Below, in pieces: positions 8,294 through 16,290 of a stretch of 64,000 nucleotides of DNA. The notes under the pieces were generated by a model, which was not told where the DNA came from, made no database searches, and was given only the letters and a program-made list of their open reading frames with translations. The first letter of the stretch is position 1; each line of letters starts with the position of its first letter. Made by a program: the position numbers and the translations under genes. The stretch spans positions 1,384-65,383 of the forward strand of contig CAYOEO010000001.1 of assembly GCA_964403125.1 (NCBI GenBank). Reading direction: 5' to 3'. The DNA comes from an uncultured Pseudomonadales bacterium (lineage in GTDB: Bacteria; Pseudomonadota; Gammaproteobacteria; Pseudomonadales; UBA7239).

Positions 8294-10273
8294 ATGTCAC
8301 TGGTCGAAGGGTTTAAAAAACAGAGCACACTGTCTATGTTTGTAGTGTCTGTCTTCTTAGGGTTAATTGCAGCAGGGCTTGCTGTGTTGTACCTAAAAAA
8401 TAGAGAAGCAGCATTAGCAAAAAAATATCAAAAGCCGCCAGAAGCTGAAGTGACGGTCATCGTACCTGTGCGTGATTTAATGCCAGGAGAGATCATCGCG
8501 CTGGATACCGTGGCCGCGAGAAAAATTCCTGAAAAATATGTAGGGCCTGATGTCATTACGGCGCAGTACTACCAAAAAGTAGAAGGTCGTCGCCTGCAAT
8601 ATCCGGCTGCGCGAGGCAAACCGATTCCATTGAACTCGCTGTCTGGTATCAACATGGGCGATTTTTCTGATTCGATTGCCGCTGGTCGTCGAGCAATTAC
8701 TATTAAAGTAGATCGTATTAATTCAATGGATGGCATGCTTCGTCCTGGCAATCACATTGATATTCTCGTTGGTATGCCTGCCAATCAAGCAGGCGCAGAA
8801 CCAACGCCGGGTTTAGAAAACGGTGGCGCAGAAGAAGTGGTTTTCCCTGTGTTGGAAAATGTGGTGGTCATTGCAACGGGTAGTCAGGATGCGAAGTCCA
8901 TGCAATCACAACGCGCAGGTGCTGTGATGACGGATAAAGATTATTCGTCTGTCACGGTTGATTTGTTTCCAGAACAAGTGGCGATGCTAAAAGTAGCGGA
9001 AGAGGCGGGGCGAATTATTGCTGCGTTGCGCAATCGTAATGATGGCAGTTCCAGTGGCTTTGATGCCGTGCGACCTTCGCAGTTGATGTCGTTGATGAAA
9101 AAAGCACGCAATGCAGAATTAGCGCGCGCATCCACAGAAGTGGTTCGAGATGCTAATGGCAATGTAATAGGAAAAGTGGTTGGCGGTGTTGTTTATGACG
9201 CACAAGGCAATGTTGTCGGCAAAGTGAATGCAAAAGGACAAGTGGTTGATGCTAAAGGCAAAGTGCTAGGTGAAAAAGTTAAAGCGCAATTGGCTTTAGG
9301 TGCGGATGGCAGACCGGTTGGACAAGTGGTTGGTGACAAAGTGTATGACGCAAACGGCAATCAAATTGGTCGCGTAGTCGATGGCAAAGTCGTATCGAAT
9401 GATGGTCGCATGTTGGGTCATGTCAGCGAATCGGTTGCGGTAGACGCAAAAGGCAATGTGATTGGCAATGTCGTCAACGGCGTTGTTTACGATAAGAACG
9501 GCAACCCCATCGGCAAAGTGAATGCGAAAGGGCAAGTGGTTGACGATAAAGGCAATGTGATTGGTTCACCCGTTGGTAAAGTTGCCGTTGATGCTAAAGG
9601 TAAACCCATCGGCAAAGTCGTTGGTGACAAAGTGTATGACGCAAATGGCAAATTGATAGCACGCGTTGATGCCAACGGCAATGTTGTCGATCTGAATGGA
9701 AAGGTTGTCGGTAAAGTGTCAGACGGTGTGCAGCAATCTAAAGTCGCCATTGGAAAAGATGGCAAAACTTTAGGGCGCATCTTGGATGGAAAAGTGATCG
9801 ACGCGATGGGCAATGTTGTCGGCACAGTCAACGCGGATGGCTCTGTCACTGATGCCAATGGCAATGTGATTGGACAATCAGCGGGCGATGCCTTGGTCGA
9901 TGCCAAAGGCAATATCGTCGCCAATGAAGTTGTCGGCAGCGATGGAAAATCTATCGGCAAAGTGATTGGCGATAAAGTGTATGACGACAAAGGCAATGTA
10001 GTTGCAACCGTCGGCGCTGATGGTTCTGTGACAACAACTGATGGCCGCACTTTAGATGTAACCGTGCAAGCGGGTACACCAGAGTCATCTCCACTATCAA
10101 CAGTTGATGGCAATATTCCCGACGTGGATGCAGCAGGTTCAGAAGGCGGCATCAGTGGTCGCAGCTATGAAAATATGAGCGGCGGCAACAAAGAAAATGG
10201 CGTACTGAAGCTGGATAAAACTTCTATTTCATCTGCATCACAAGATGCACAAGCATTGCCGAAAGGCAAGTGA
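8294..10273 (+). CDS. cpaB: Flp pilus assembly protein CpaB/RcpC with about 380-aa C-terminal extension (308-aa repeat block plus 70-aa tail)
   Basis: 659 aa. N-terminal TM helix (FVVSVFLGLIAAGLAVLYL), SAF-like segment (VIVPVRDLMPGEIIALDTV) and RcpC-like core (RAITIKVDRINSMDGMLRPGNHIDILV). From aa 282 to 589 I count about 19 repeat units, e.g. VYDANGNQIGRV and VVDDKGNVIG. Confidence 0.8.
   Translation: MSLVEGFKKQSTLSMFVVSVFLGLIAAGLAVLYLKNREAALAKKYQKPPEAEVTVIVPVRDLMPGEIIALDTVAARKIPEKYVGPDVITAQYYQKVEGRRLQYPAARGKPIPLNSLSGINMGDFSDSIAAGRRAITIKVDRINSMDGMLRPGNHIDILVGMPANQAGAEPTPGLENGGAEEVVFPVLENVVVIATGSQDAKSMQSQRAGAVMTDKDYSSVTVDLFPEQVAMLKVAEEAGRIIAALRNRNDGSSSGFDAVRPSQLMSLMKKARNAELARASTEVVRDANGNVIGKVVGGVVYDAQGNVVGKVNAKGQVVDAKGKVLGEKVKAQLALGADGRPVGQVVGDKVYDANGNQIGRVVDGKVVSNDGRMLGHVSESVAVDAKGNVIGNVVNGVVYDKNGNPIGKVNAKGQVVDDKGNVIGSPVGKVAVDAKGKPIGKVVGDKVYDANGKLIARVDANGNVVDLNGKVVGKVSDGVQQSKVAIGKDGKTLGRILDGKVIDAMGNVVGTVNADGSVTDANGNVIGQSAGDALVDAKGNIVANEVVGSDGKSIGKVIGDKVYDDKGNVVATVGADGSVTTTDGRTLDVTVQAGTPESSPLSTVDGNIPDVDAAGSEGGISGRSYENMSGGNKENGVLKLDKTSISSASQDAQALPKGK
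9137..10060 (+). repeat. coding tandem repeats (about 19 units) with a superimposed duplication of about 291-294 nt
   Basis: Units read from the translation. At DNA level, gttgtttatgac...ggcaaagtgaatgcaaaaggacaagtggttga at about 9188 recurs at about 9482. ggtgacaaagtgtatgacgcaaa at 9332 recurs at 9623. Confidence 0.8.
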
Positions 10274-10280
10274 GGCGGTA

Positions 10281-11642
10281 ATGCATAGTTTTGGAATGAC
10301 TAATATGAATCTCAAAAAAAATCTGAACGCATTATTTCACTTTCAAAAACAGTGGATGAAATGTTTTGCCATGTTGATGGCATTTCTACTGATGCATTCT
10401 GCTCAAGCGGCAGAACTACAACCCAAAGAAGTTTTGCTGTCTTTGTATAAAGGTGAAACTTATGTCATGAAAGTGGGTGACGTGGAGCGCGTGGTTGTGG
10501 GTAGCGGCTCTGTTATCAGCACGCGTTTATTGACAACCGGCGAATTGGTTATCGTCGCGGATGAGGAGGGGATGACCAATATTCACCTCTGGGGCAAGGC
10601 GGGTTGGCAGCACGACACCACCGTTTATGTTTTACCTGGCAGCACCACGCGCGCTGTTGCTGAAATTAGCGCGTTGCTGCGCGATGTAGAAGGTATCACA
10701 GTGAAATCTGTTTCTGGCAGGCCGGTGATTGAGGGTGATATTTACGAGCGCGACAAAGTGTTGGTAGAGCGTGTTGTTGCGCTGTATCCCAGTGTTATCA
10801 ATCTCACGCGTGTCTCTAATGCCTTCTCGGAAAAAATGGTTTACATGAATGTGCAAATTACCGAGTTCAATACCAATGATTTAGAACAGTTGGGTATTAA
10901 CTGGCAGACCGATATTGCAGGTCCAACTGCTGCTTTTTATAAAGGCGTTAAAACCAATTCAGTTTATCGTCCTGCACCCAGCAAAGATTTCACTGGCGAT
11001 TTAACTGCGCTGCCGTTCAAGAATGGTGATGGACAAGCGTATTTTGGCATTGCGACTGAAATTACTTCGCGGATTAGTTATTTGGTCAGCACGGGTGATG
11101 CTTTCTTGCTCGCTTCACCACGCTTGAGTGCGCGCAGTGGTGGTCAAGCAGAGTTTTTAGCGGGTGGACAAGTGCCGGTGGTGACCAGCAATATCAACGG
11201 TTCATCTGTTGATTACAAAGATTTTGGTATTAAGTTGAGTGTTGCGCCGCAAGCGGATACACGCGGCAATATTTCCGCAAAAATTTCTACCGAAGTCAGC
11301 GTGTTGGATCCGGCGAATGCGGTGGATGGAAATCCTGCATTCAAAACCAGAGGCACAACAACGGATGTCAATATGAAGGATGGAGAAACTTTGGTTATTT
11401 CTGGCTTAACTAACTCTGAAATCAGTCGAAGTTTAGATAAGGTGAAGTGGCTGGGTGATCTGCCTATCCTTGGAAAGTTATTCCGTTCTAAGTTTTTCCA
11501 AACGAAAAAAACTGAATTGGTTATTTTTGTAACGCCAACCATTATTGATGTGAACCATGACATCAATCGTGAAGAAGCTGCGCGTCGTGATGACATGATC
11601 AATCGCTTCAATAGTTCTTTTGAAAAAGGTCTGTTTGAATAA
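10281..11642 (+). CDS. cpaC: Tad secretin CpaC/RcpA
   Basis: Pilus-formation N-terminal region (LSLYKGETYVMKVGDVERVVVGSG). Secretin core (LASPRLSARSGGQAEFLAGGQVPV) and C-terminus (LGDLPILGKLFRSKFFQTKKTELVIFVTPTII). Start uncertain: 10281, 10296, 10305 or 10356. Signal peptide ends ...MHSAQA|AE. Confidence 0.85.
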   Translation: MHSFGMTNMNLKKNLNALFHFQKQWMKCFAMLMAFLLMHSAQAAELQPKEVLLSLYKGETYVMKVGDVERVVVGSGSVISTRLLTTGELVIVADEEGMTNIHLWGKAGWQHDTTVYVLPGSTTRAVAEISALLRDVEGITVKSVSGRPVIEGDIYERDKVLVERVVALYPSVINLTRVSNAFSEKMVYMNVQITEFNTNDLEQLGINWQTDIAGPTAAFYKGVKTNSVYRPAPSKDFTGDLTALPFKNGDGQAYFGIATEITSRISYLVSTGDAFLLASPRLSARSGGQAEFLAGGQVPVVTSNINGSSVDYKDFGIKLSVAPQADTRGNISAKISTEVSVLDPANAVDGNPAFKTRGTTTDVNMKDGETLVISGLTNSEISRSLDKVKWLGDLPILGKLFRSKFFQTKKTELVIFVTPTIIDVNHDINREEAARRDDMINRFNSSFEKGLFE

Positions 11643-11668
11643 TTAAGTTAGAAATAGAGATTTAGCCG

Positions 11669-13336
11669 ATGTTTGAAATTACAGTAAGCACAAAAGGCGA
11701 AAGTGATAATCTCGTGCGCTGCATGGGTAACCGCTGCGGCATAGGAAAATCCAGAGACAATCTTGTGCAATTGCGCGGTTGGAAAGTGGCTGGCTTGCAT
11801 GCGCAAATTGAAGAGCGCAATGATGGATTGCACATTAGCGATCAGGTTGATGCGGGTACTTTTGTCAACGGAAAGCGCGTCGATGCTTACGGGCCACTGA
11901 CAACATCCGATGTGATTACGATTGGTGCGTACAACTTACGCTGCAAACAATTAGATGTGGGTAATGCGTTAGCAGCAGCTAATGAAGATGGTGAGCAAGA
12001 CGCTGTAGCTGATGCAGGTGGCGGCAGTGCCGCCAGCGCGCCAGCATTCGGTGCTGTCGGCAGTGCGCAACAAGAGCAACTCATTTTGTGGCAGAGCCAT
12101 GTGCATGAAGAGTTGCTCAAACGCATGGATTTGAAGCGTATTGATGTCGGCACTATGTCGGATGAAGATTTGCGCAACCGCATCAAAGCCTTGATTGATG
12201 AAGTGTTGGATGGATTAGAAGGGGCTTTGCCGCCTTTTATTACACGAGCGCGTTTGACAGAGGATGTGTTGAATGAAGCGGTGGGCCTGGGACCTATGGA
12301 GGCGCTGTTGGCAGATGAGTCTGTCACAGAAATTATGGTCAACAGTTTTAATGATATTTACATCGAGCGCAGTGGGCGTTTGCAAAAATCAGATGTGAAT
12401 TACAGTAGCCACAAAGCAGTTCTTTCCACTATCGAGCGCATTGTTTCGCCATTAGGAAGAAGGATTGACGAAAGTTCTCCTATGGTTGATGCGCGCTTAA
12501 AAGATGGCTCTCGTGTGAACGCTATTATTCCGCCATTGGCGCTGAAAGGCCCTTGTATCACTATCCGAAAGTTTTCTAAGAAAAAATTACAGGCTTCTGA
12601 TTTGGTGGGCTTCAAAGCCGTTAATGAAAATATGATGAAGTTTTTGAAAATTTGTGTGGAGCAAAAACGCAATATTGTTATTTCAGGCGGTACTGGTTCT
12701 GGCAAAACAACACTATTGAATGTTCTATCCAACTTTATTCCTCACGGTGAACGCGTTATCACCATTGAAGATGCTGCTGAATTGCAACTGGCGCAGCCGC
12801 ACTTGGTGTCCTTGGAAGCAAGACCGCCGAATATGGAGGGACGCGGTGCTATCACGATTCGTGATTTGGTAAAAAACTGTTTGCGGATGCGTCCAGACAG
12901 AATTGTTGTTGGTGAGTGTCGCGGTGGTGAAGCCTTGGATATGTTGCAGGCAATGAACACCGGTCACGAAGGCTCATTGACGACAGGTCACGCCAACACG
13001 CCGCGCGACATGATTTCGCGTATGGAAGTTATGGTGATGATGGCGGGCATGGATTTACCCATACAAGCTATTCGTGAGCAAATTTCTTCTGCCGTTAATA
13101 TGATTGTGCAGCAGTCGCGTTTTTCTGATGGTAGTCGTCGTGTGACAGCCATCAATGAAATTACAGGTATGGAAACGGGTATTATCCAAATGCAAGAAAT
13201 TTTTCGTTTTCAGCAGGAAGGTTATGATGCGGAAGGGCGTGTTCGCGGTCATTTTGTAGCGACAGGGCGCGTGCCTGAGTTCTACGAAGATATGCGCAAA
13301 CGCGGTTTAGAAGTTGACATGAGTTTATTTGGCTGA
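11669..13336 (+). CDS. cpaF: CpaF/TadA secretion ATPase with N-terminal FHA domain
   Basis: 555 aa. aa 1-95 are FHA-like (GIGKSRDNLVQL.....GLHAQIEERNDGLHISD..DAGTFVNGKRV). An Ala/Gly-rich linker follows. Walker A is GGTGSGKTT, and the family box is VGECRGGEALDMLQAMNTGHEGSLTTGHAN. Confidence 0.9.
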   Translation: MFEITVSTKGESDNLVRCMGNRCGIGKSRDNLVQLRGWKVAGLHAQIEERNDGLHISDQVDAGTFVNGKRVDAYGPLTTSDVITIGAYNLRCKQLDVGNALAAANEDGEQDAVADAGGGSAASAPAFGAVGSAQQEQLILWQSHVHEELLKRMDLKRIDVGTMSDEDLRNRIKALIDEVLDGLEGALPPFITRARLTEDVLNEAVGLGPMEALLADESVTEIMVNSFNDIYIERSGRLQKSDVNYSSHKAVLSTIERIVSPLGRRIDESSPMVDARLKDGSRVNAIIPPLALKGPCITIRKFSKKKLQASDLVGFKAVNENMMKFLKICVEQKRNIVISGGTGSGKTTLLNVLSNFIPHGERVITIEDAAELQLAQPHLVSLEARPPNMEGRGAITIRDLVKNCLRMRPDRIVVGECRGGEALDMLQAMNTGHEGSLTTGHANTPRDMISRMEVMVMMAGMDLPIQAIREQISSAVNMIVQQSRFSDGSRRVTAINEITGMETGIIQMQEIFRFQQEGYDAEGRVRGHFVATGRVPEFYEDMRKRGLEVDMSLFG

Positions 13337-13345
13337 GAAAAAGCG

Positions 13346-14203
13346 ATGTCTGGTACAGGTATCTTAGTAATTTTTGTTCTGCTGTTCATCAGCTTGTCCA
13401 TTTTATTTTTCTTGGCAATGACGGTGGGAGCAAAAATACGCGCGCGTTTTGAGTCTCAGCTTTCTGAAGAAGCGAACATGAACTTGTCGGATATGTTCAT
13501 GTTTATGGATCCCAATATGTTGGTGCGTTATTACACCACGGCATTGATTGTTGTGCCTGCTCTGGTGTTGATCATAAAACATGACTTTCTCAGTTTTATT
13601 GTTGCGGTTGTTGTGATGGCTGTCGTGCCTAAAATGTTTTATGGCAGCATCAAAAAGTCGCGCATGAAGAAATTTGATGAGCAACTTCCAGATGCATTTA
13701 TGTCTTTGGCTAGCAGTCTCGGTGCTGGAACCAGTCTAATGGGGGCGATCGAAACCTTAGCAACGGAGCAGCCTGCACCCTTGGCGCAAGAGTTTTCTTT
13801 GTTGGTGCGCAAAATTAAGTTGGGTGTTAATTTTGATCAAGCGCTGGTTGATATGGAAAAACGTATTCCTTCGCAAGATTTTAGAGTGGCGCTGTCTGCT
13901 ATTCGTATTTCACGAGAAGTGGGCGGAAATCTTGTCGAAGTGATGGAAAAATTGGCAGATACCTTGCGTCAAAAAGCCGCGATGGAAGGAAAAATTGTTA
14001 GCTTAACTTCTCAAGGAAAGATGCAGGGTTATGTGATGACAGGCTTGCCTATTTTGCTGGCATGCGCGTTGAATGTAATTGAACCAGAAGCGATGAGCAA
14101 GTTGTATAGCACTACCACTGGGTATGTGGTGCTTGGCGTTATTGTCGTTATGCTTGGTATCGGCTTTTCGATAATTCGTAAAATTACTACGATTGATGTG
14201 TGA
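13346..14203 (+). CDS. tadB: Tad inner-membrane platform protein TadB (T2SS F family)
   Basis: 285 aa, polytopic. T2SSF-like segment LPDAFMSLASSLGAGTSLMGAIETLA. Position after cpaF fits. Confidence 0.8.
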   Translation: MSGTGILVIFVLLFISLSILFFLAMTVGAKIRARFESQLSEEANMNLSDMFMFMDPNMLVRYYTTALIVVPALVLIIKHDFLSFIVAVVVMAVVPKMFYGSIKKSRMKKFDEQLPDAFMSLASSLGAGTSLMGAIETLATEQPAPLAQEFSLLVRKIKLGVNFDQALVDMEKRIPSQDFRVALSAIRISREVGGNLVEVMEKLADTLRQKAAMEGKIVSLTSQGKMQGYVMTGLPILLACALNVIEPEAMSKLYSTTTGYVVLGVIVVMLGIGFSIIRKITTIDV

Positions 14204-15147
14204 ACTCTATGTGGTTATCCGTTCAAAAAGAGCTATCTGACTTATGGTTTATTTTCTTAAACCTAAGTGCTCCAGTGTTAATGTACACATCGGCGATTGG
14301 TATTGGTGTTTCAGTAACGCTAGTTGTTCTAGTCGTTAAAATTCTTGGTTCGCGTATCCCGCCTGAAAGCCGCGAATACAAAGACGAGTTGCCACCTGCG
14401 CTTAAATTTGTATGGCCAATGATTCGAATTATTGCTTATTACCTTTGCACCAACCTGCCCATTCCTTATTTAGATCGACTGGAAAAACGTTTGCAGCAAA
14501 CCGGTGTCGCGTACTATGTGAATGCGGAAGAGTTTTTTGCAATTCGCGTATTCAGTGCGTTTCTCTTTCCAATATTGGTGTTGCTTGCAGCATTGATGTT
14601 GAAAAAGCTTTCTTTGTTGATTTTTATGGGTTCTATTTTGATGGGCTTTTTCTTGCCGGTCATTTGGTTGAGCGAAACTAAAGTCAAGCGCGAAAAAGAA
14701 GTCATGCGGGCATTGCCAATGTACCTTGAGTTTATTTCTATGTGTGTGGAAGCGGGCTTAAACCTTACAGGCGCAATGAACCAAGCGGTAGAAAAAGGTC
14801 CCAGTGGCGCTTTGAAACACGAATTTTTAACGGTGATGCGTGATATTCGCGCGGGAGCTAGTAGGGCAGATGCATTAACGCGTATGGCGGAGCGCCTCGA
14901 TATTAAAGCAGTTAGCGCATTCGTTCGCGCCGTTATCCAAGCTGAAAAGTTGGGTTCTAGCATGAGTAAAGTGCTGAAAGTGCAGTCGGATCAGCGACGC
15001 AATGAGCGGTTTCAACGCGCAGAAAAACTGGCAATGGAAGCGCCTGTAAAATTAATCTTCCCGCTGATGGCGTTTATTTTTCCCGTGACATTCATGATTC
15101 TTGCATTTCCTATCGTAATGAAATTTATGAGTCAAGGGCTTCACTAA
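14200..15147 (+). CDS. tadC: Tad inner-membrane platform protein TadC (T2SS F family)
   Basis: 315 aa, polytopic. ALPMYLEFISMCVEAGLNLTGAMNQAV. Its GTGA start overlaps the tadB stop (alternative ATG at 14209). Confidence 0.8.
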   Translation: MNSMWLSVQKELSDLWFIFLNLSAPVLMYTSAIGIGVSVTLVVLVVKILGSRIPPESREYKDELPPALKFVWPMIRIIAYYLCTNLPIPYLDRLEKRLQQTGVAYYVNAEEFFAIRVFSAFLFPILVLLAALMLKKLSLLIFMGSILMGFFLPVIWLSETKVKREKEVMRALPMYLEFISMCVEAGLNLTGAMNQAVEKGPSGALKHEFLTVMRDIRAGASRADALTRMAERLDIKAVSAFVRAVIQAEKLGSSMSKVLKVQSDQRRNERFQRAEKLAMEAPVKLIFPLMAFIFPVTFMILAFPIVMKFMSQGLH

Positions 15148-15500
15148 TGCTGCAAGGCATTTTGCAACTCAATCACGAATCTTTACCTCTGACGAAATGT
15201 CAACAGACATCCAATATTTTTGAACGCATGCGAGGCTTAATTGGTCGCCCTGAGCCAATAGCTAATGAGTCCTTATGGATTACGCGTTGTAATTCAATCC
15301 ATACATTTTTTATGCGGTACACCATCGATGTGATTTTTATCAATACGAAAGGTGTTGTTCTAAAGGTTTCTGCTCATGTTGCTCCTTGGCGATTGCGGAT
15401 GTGTTTTTCTGCAAAGTCTGTTTTGGAGTTGCGTGCGGGTGATGCTGAAAAATTGGGGCTTACAGTGGGATCTTATGTTGAGTTTCTGCCCAAAAGGTAA
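15147..15500 (+). CDS. DUF192 (COG1430-like) domain protein
   Basis: 117 aa. MRGLIGRPE...SLWITRCNSIHTFFMRYTIDVIFIN resembles DUF192. A TAATG overlap with the tadC stop indicates coupling. Confidence 0.65.
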   Translation: MLQGILQLNHESLPLTKCQQTSNIFERMRGLIGRPEPIANESLWITRCNSIHTFFMRYTIDVIFINTKGVVLKVSAHVAPWRLRMCFSAKSVLELRAGDAEKLGLTVGSYVEFLPKR

Positions 15501-15504
15501 ATGA

Positions 15505-16290
15505 GTGATGACACAAAGAATTGTTTTACTGCTGGCAGTTGTTTTTTTTATAGGGTGCGCTTCATCACCTGATTTAACAACACTCGCAGAGTGGCGCGCA
15601 AAAGCCGACAAGGCTTATCAAGAAGGGCAATATCCGACTGCTTTGCAGTACTACCAAAAGTTATCTAAAGCAGCTCCTTCGGAGGCGGATATTTGGTTTA
15701 GATTGGGCAATACACATGCGCGTATGGATCAAACTGACGAGGCAGTAAAAGCCTATCGTGAAGCGGTGTTGCGCGATAACCACTTTGCTAAAGCGTGGTA
15801 TAACGCGGGTTTTAATCAGTTGCGCGCATCAGCACAAACATTTTCTGAAGCCTTGCGTTATTTGCCACCTAGTGATCCTATTTTTCAGATAGCAAAATCT
15901 TACAACCAACAATTGTTGCAGTTGATGGAGCAGCAGAATCAAGCATTAGAAAAATTATCAAAAAGCAAAGAGGAGTCCAAACCTCTTGATGTCAAAAAGG
16001 TAGAGATGATTGTTTTAGATGGAAAACCGCAAAAAATTTCTGATTTACCGCCTGTGCTGATGCCAGATCAAACATCACCAGAGGCTTTAGAGGCAGCGAA
16101 AATAGAGCAACAGCAAGAGCAAGAGCAGGAAGTGCAACAACACTCTGATGCATCACAACCTACAGCAACCGAGACAACATCAAAGCCTGATGAGAAAAAA
16201 GAAAACCCAAAAGGTAAGGAAGATGCAGAGAAAAATAATTTGTGGCATCCGCCTTTGTTAAAAGCAACAGGTGAGCAGGCTGCTCAATAA
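15505..16290 (+). CDS. TPR-repeat lipoprotein, TadD-like
   Basis: 261 aa. Lipobox FFIGC. TPR-like helices (AYQEGQYPTALQYYQKL, WFRLGNTHARMDQTDEAVKAY). Acidic/Gln-rich low-complexity tail. Confidence 0.65.
   Translation: MMTQRIVLLLAVVFFIGCASSPDLTTLAEWRAKADKAYQEGQYPTALQYYQKLSKAAPSEADIWFRLGNTHARMDQTDEAVKAYREAVLRDNHFAKAWYNAGFNQLRASAQTFSEALRYLPPSDPIFQIAKSYNQQLLQLMEQQNQALEKLSKSKEESKPLDVKKVEMIVLDGKPQKISDLPPVLMPDQTSPEALEAAKIEQQQEQEQEVQQHSDASQPTATETTSKPDEKKENPKGKEDAEKNNLWHPPLLKATGEQAAQ

Noticed and set aside
9137-10060. Possible CRISPR-like or non-coding tandem array, because of regularly recurring ggcaatgt(g/t)attgg strings
   Set aside because: The repeats are in frame within one long ORF, the units are degenerate at the third codon position, there are no unique spacers of constant length, and no cas genes are present. 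This is a coding repeat.
9487-10152. 221-aa minus-strand ORF (Ser/Thr/Pro/Leu-rich) plus smaller minus ORFs at 8941-9162 and 9296-9535
   Set aside because: They are reverse-complement artefacts of the G/N/V/D-codon repeats of cpaB. Low-complexity periodic sequence keeps the antisense frame open. There is no start context or homology.
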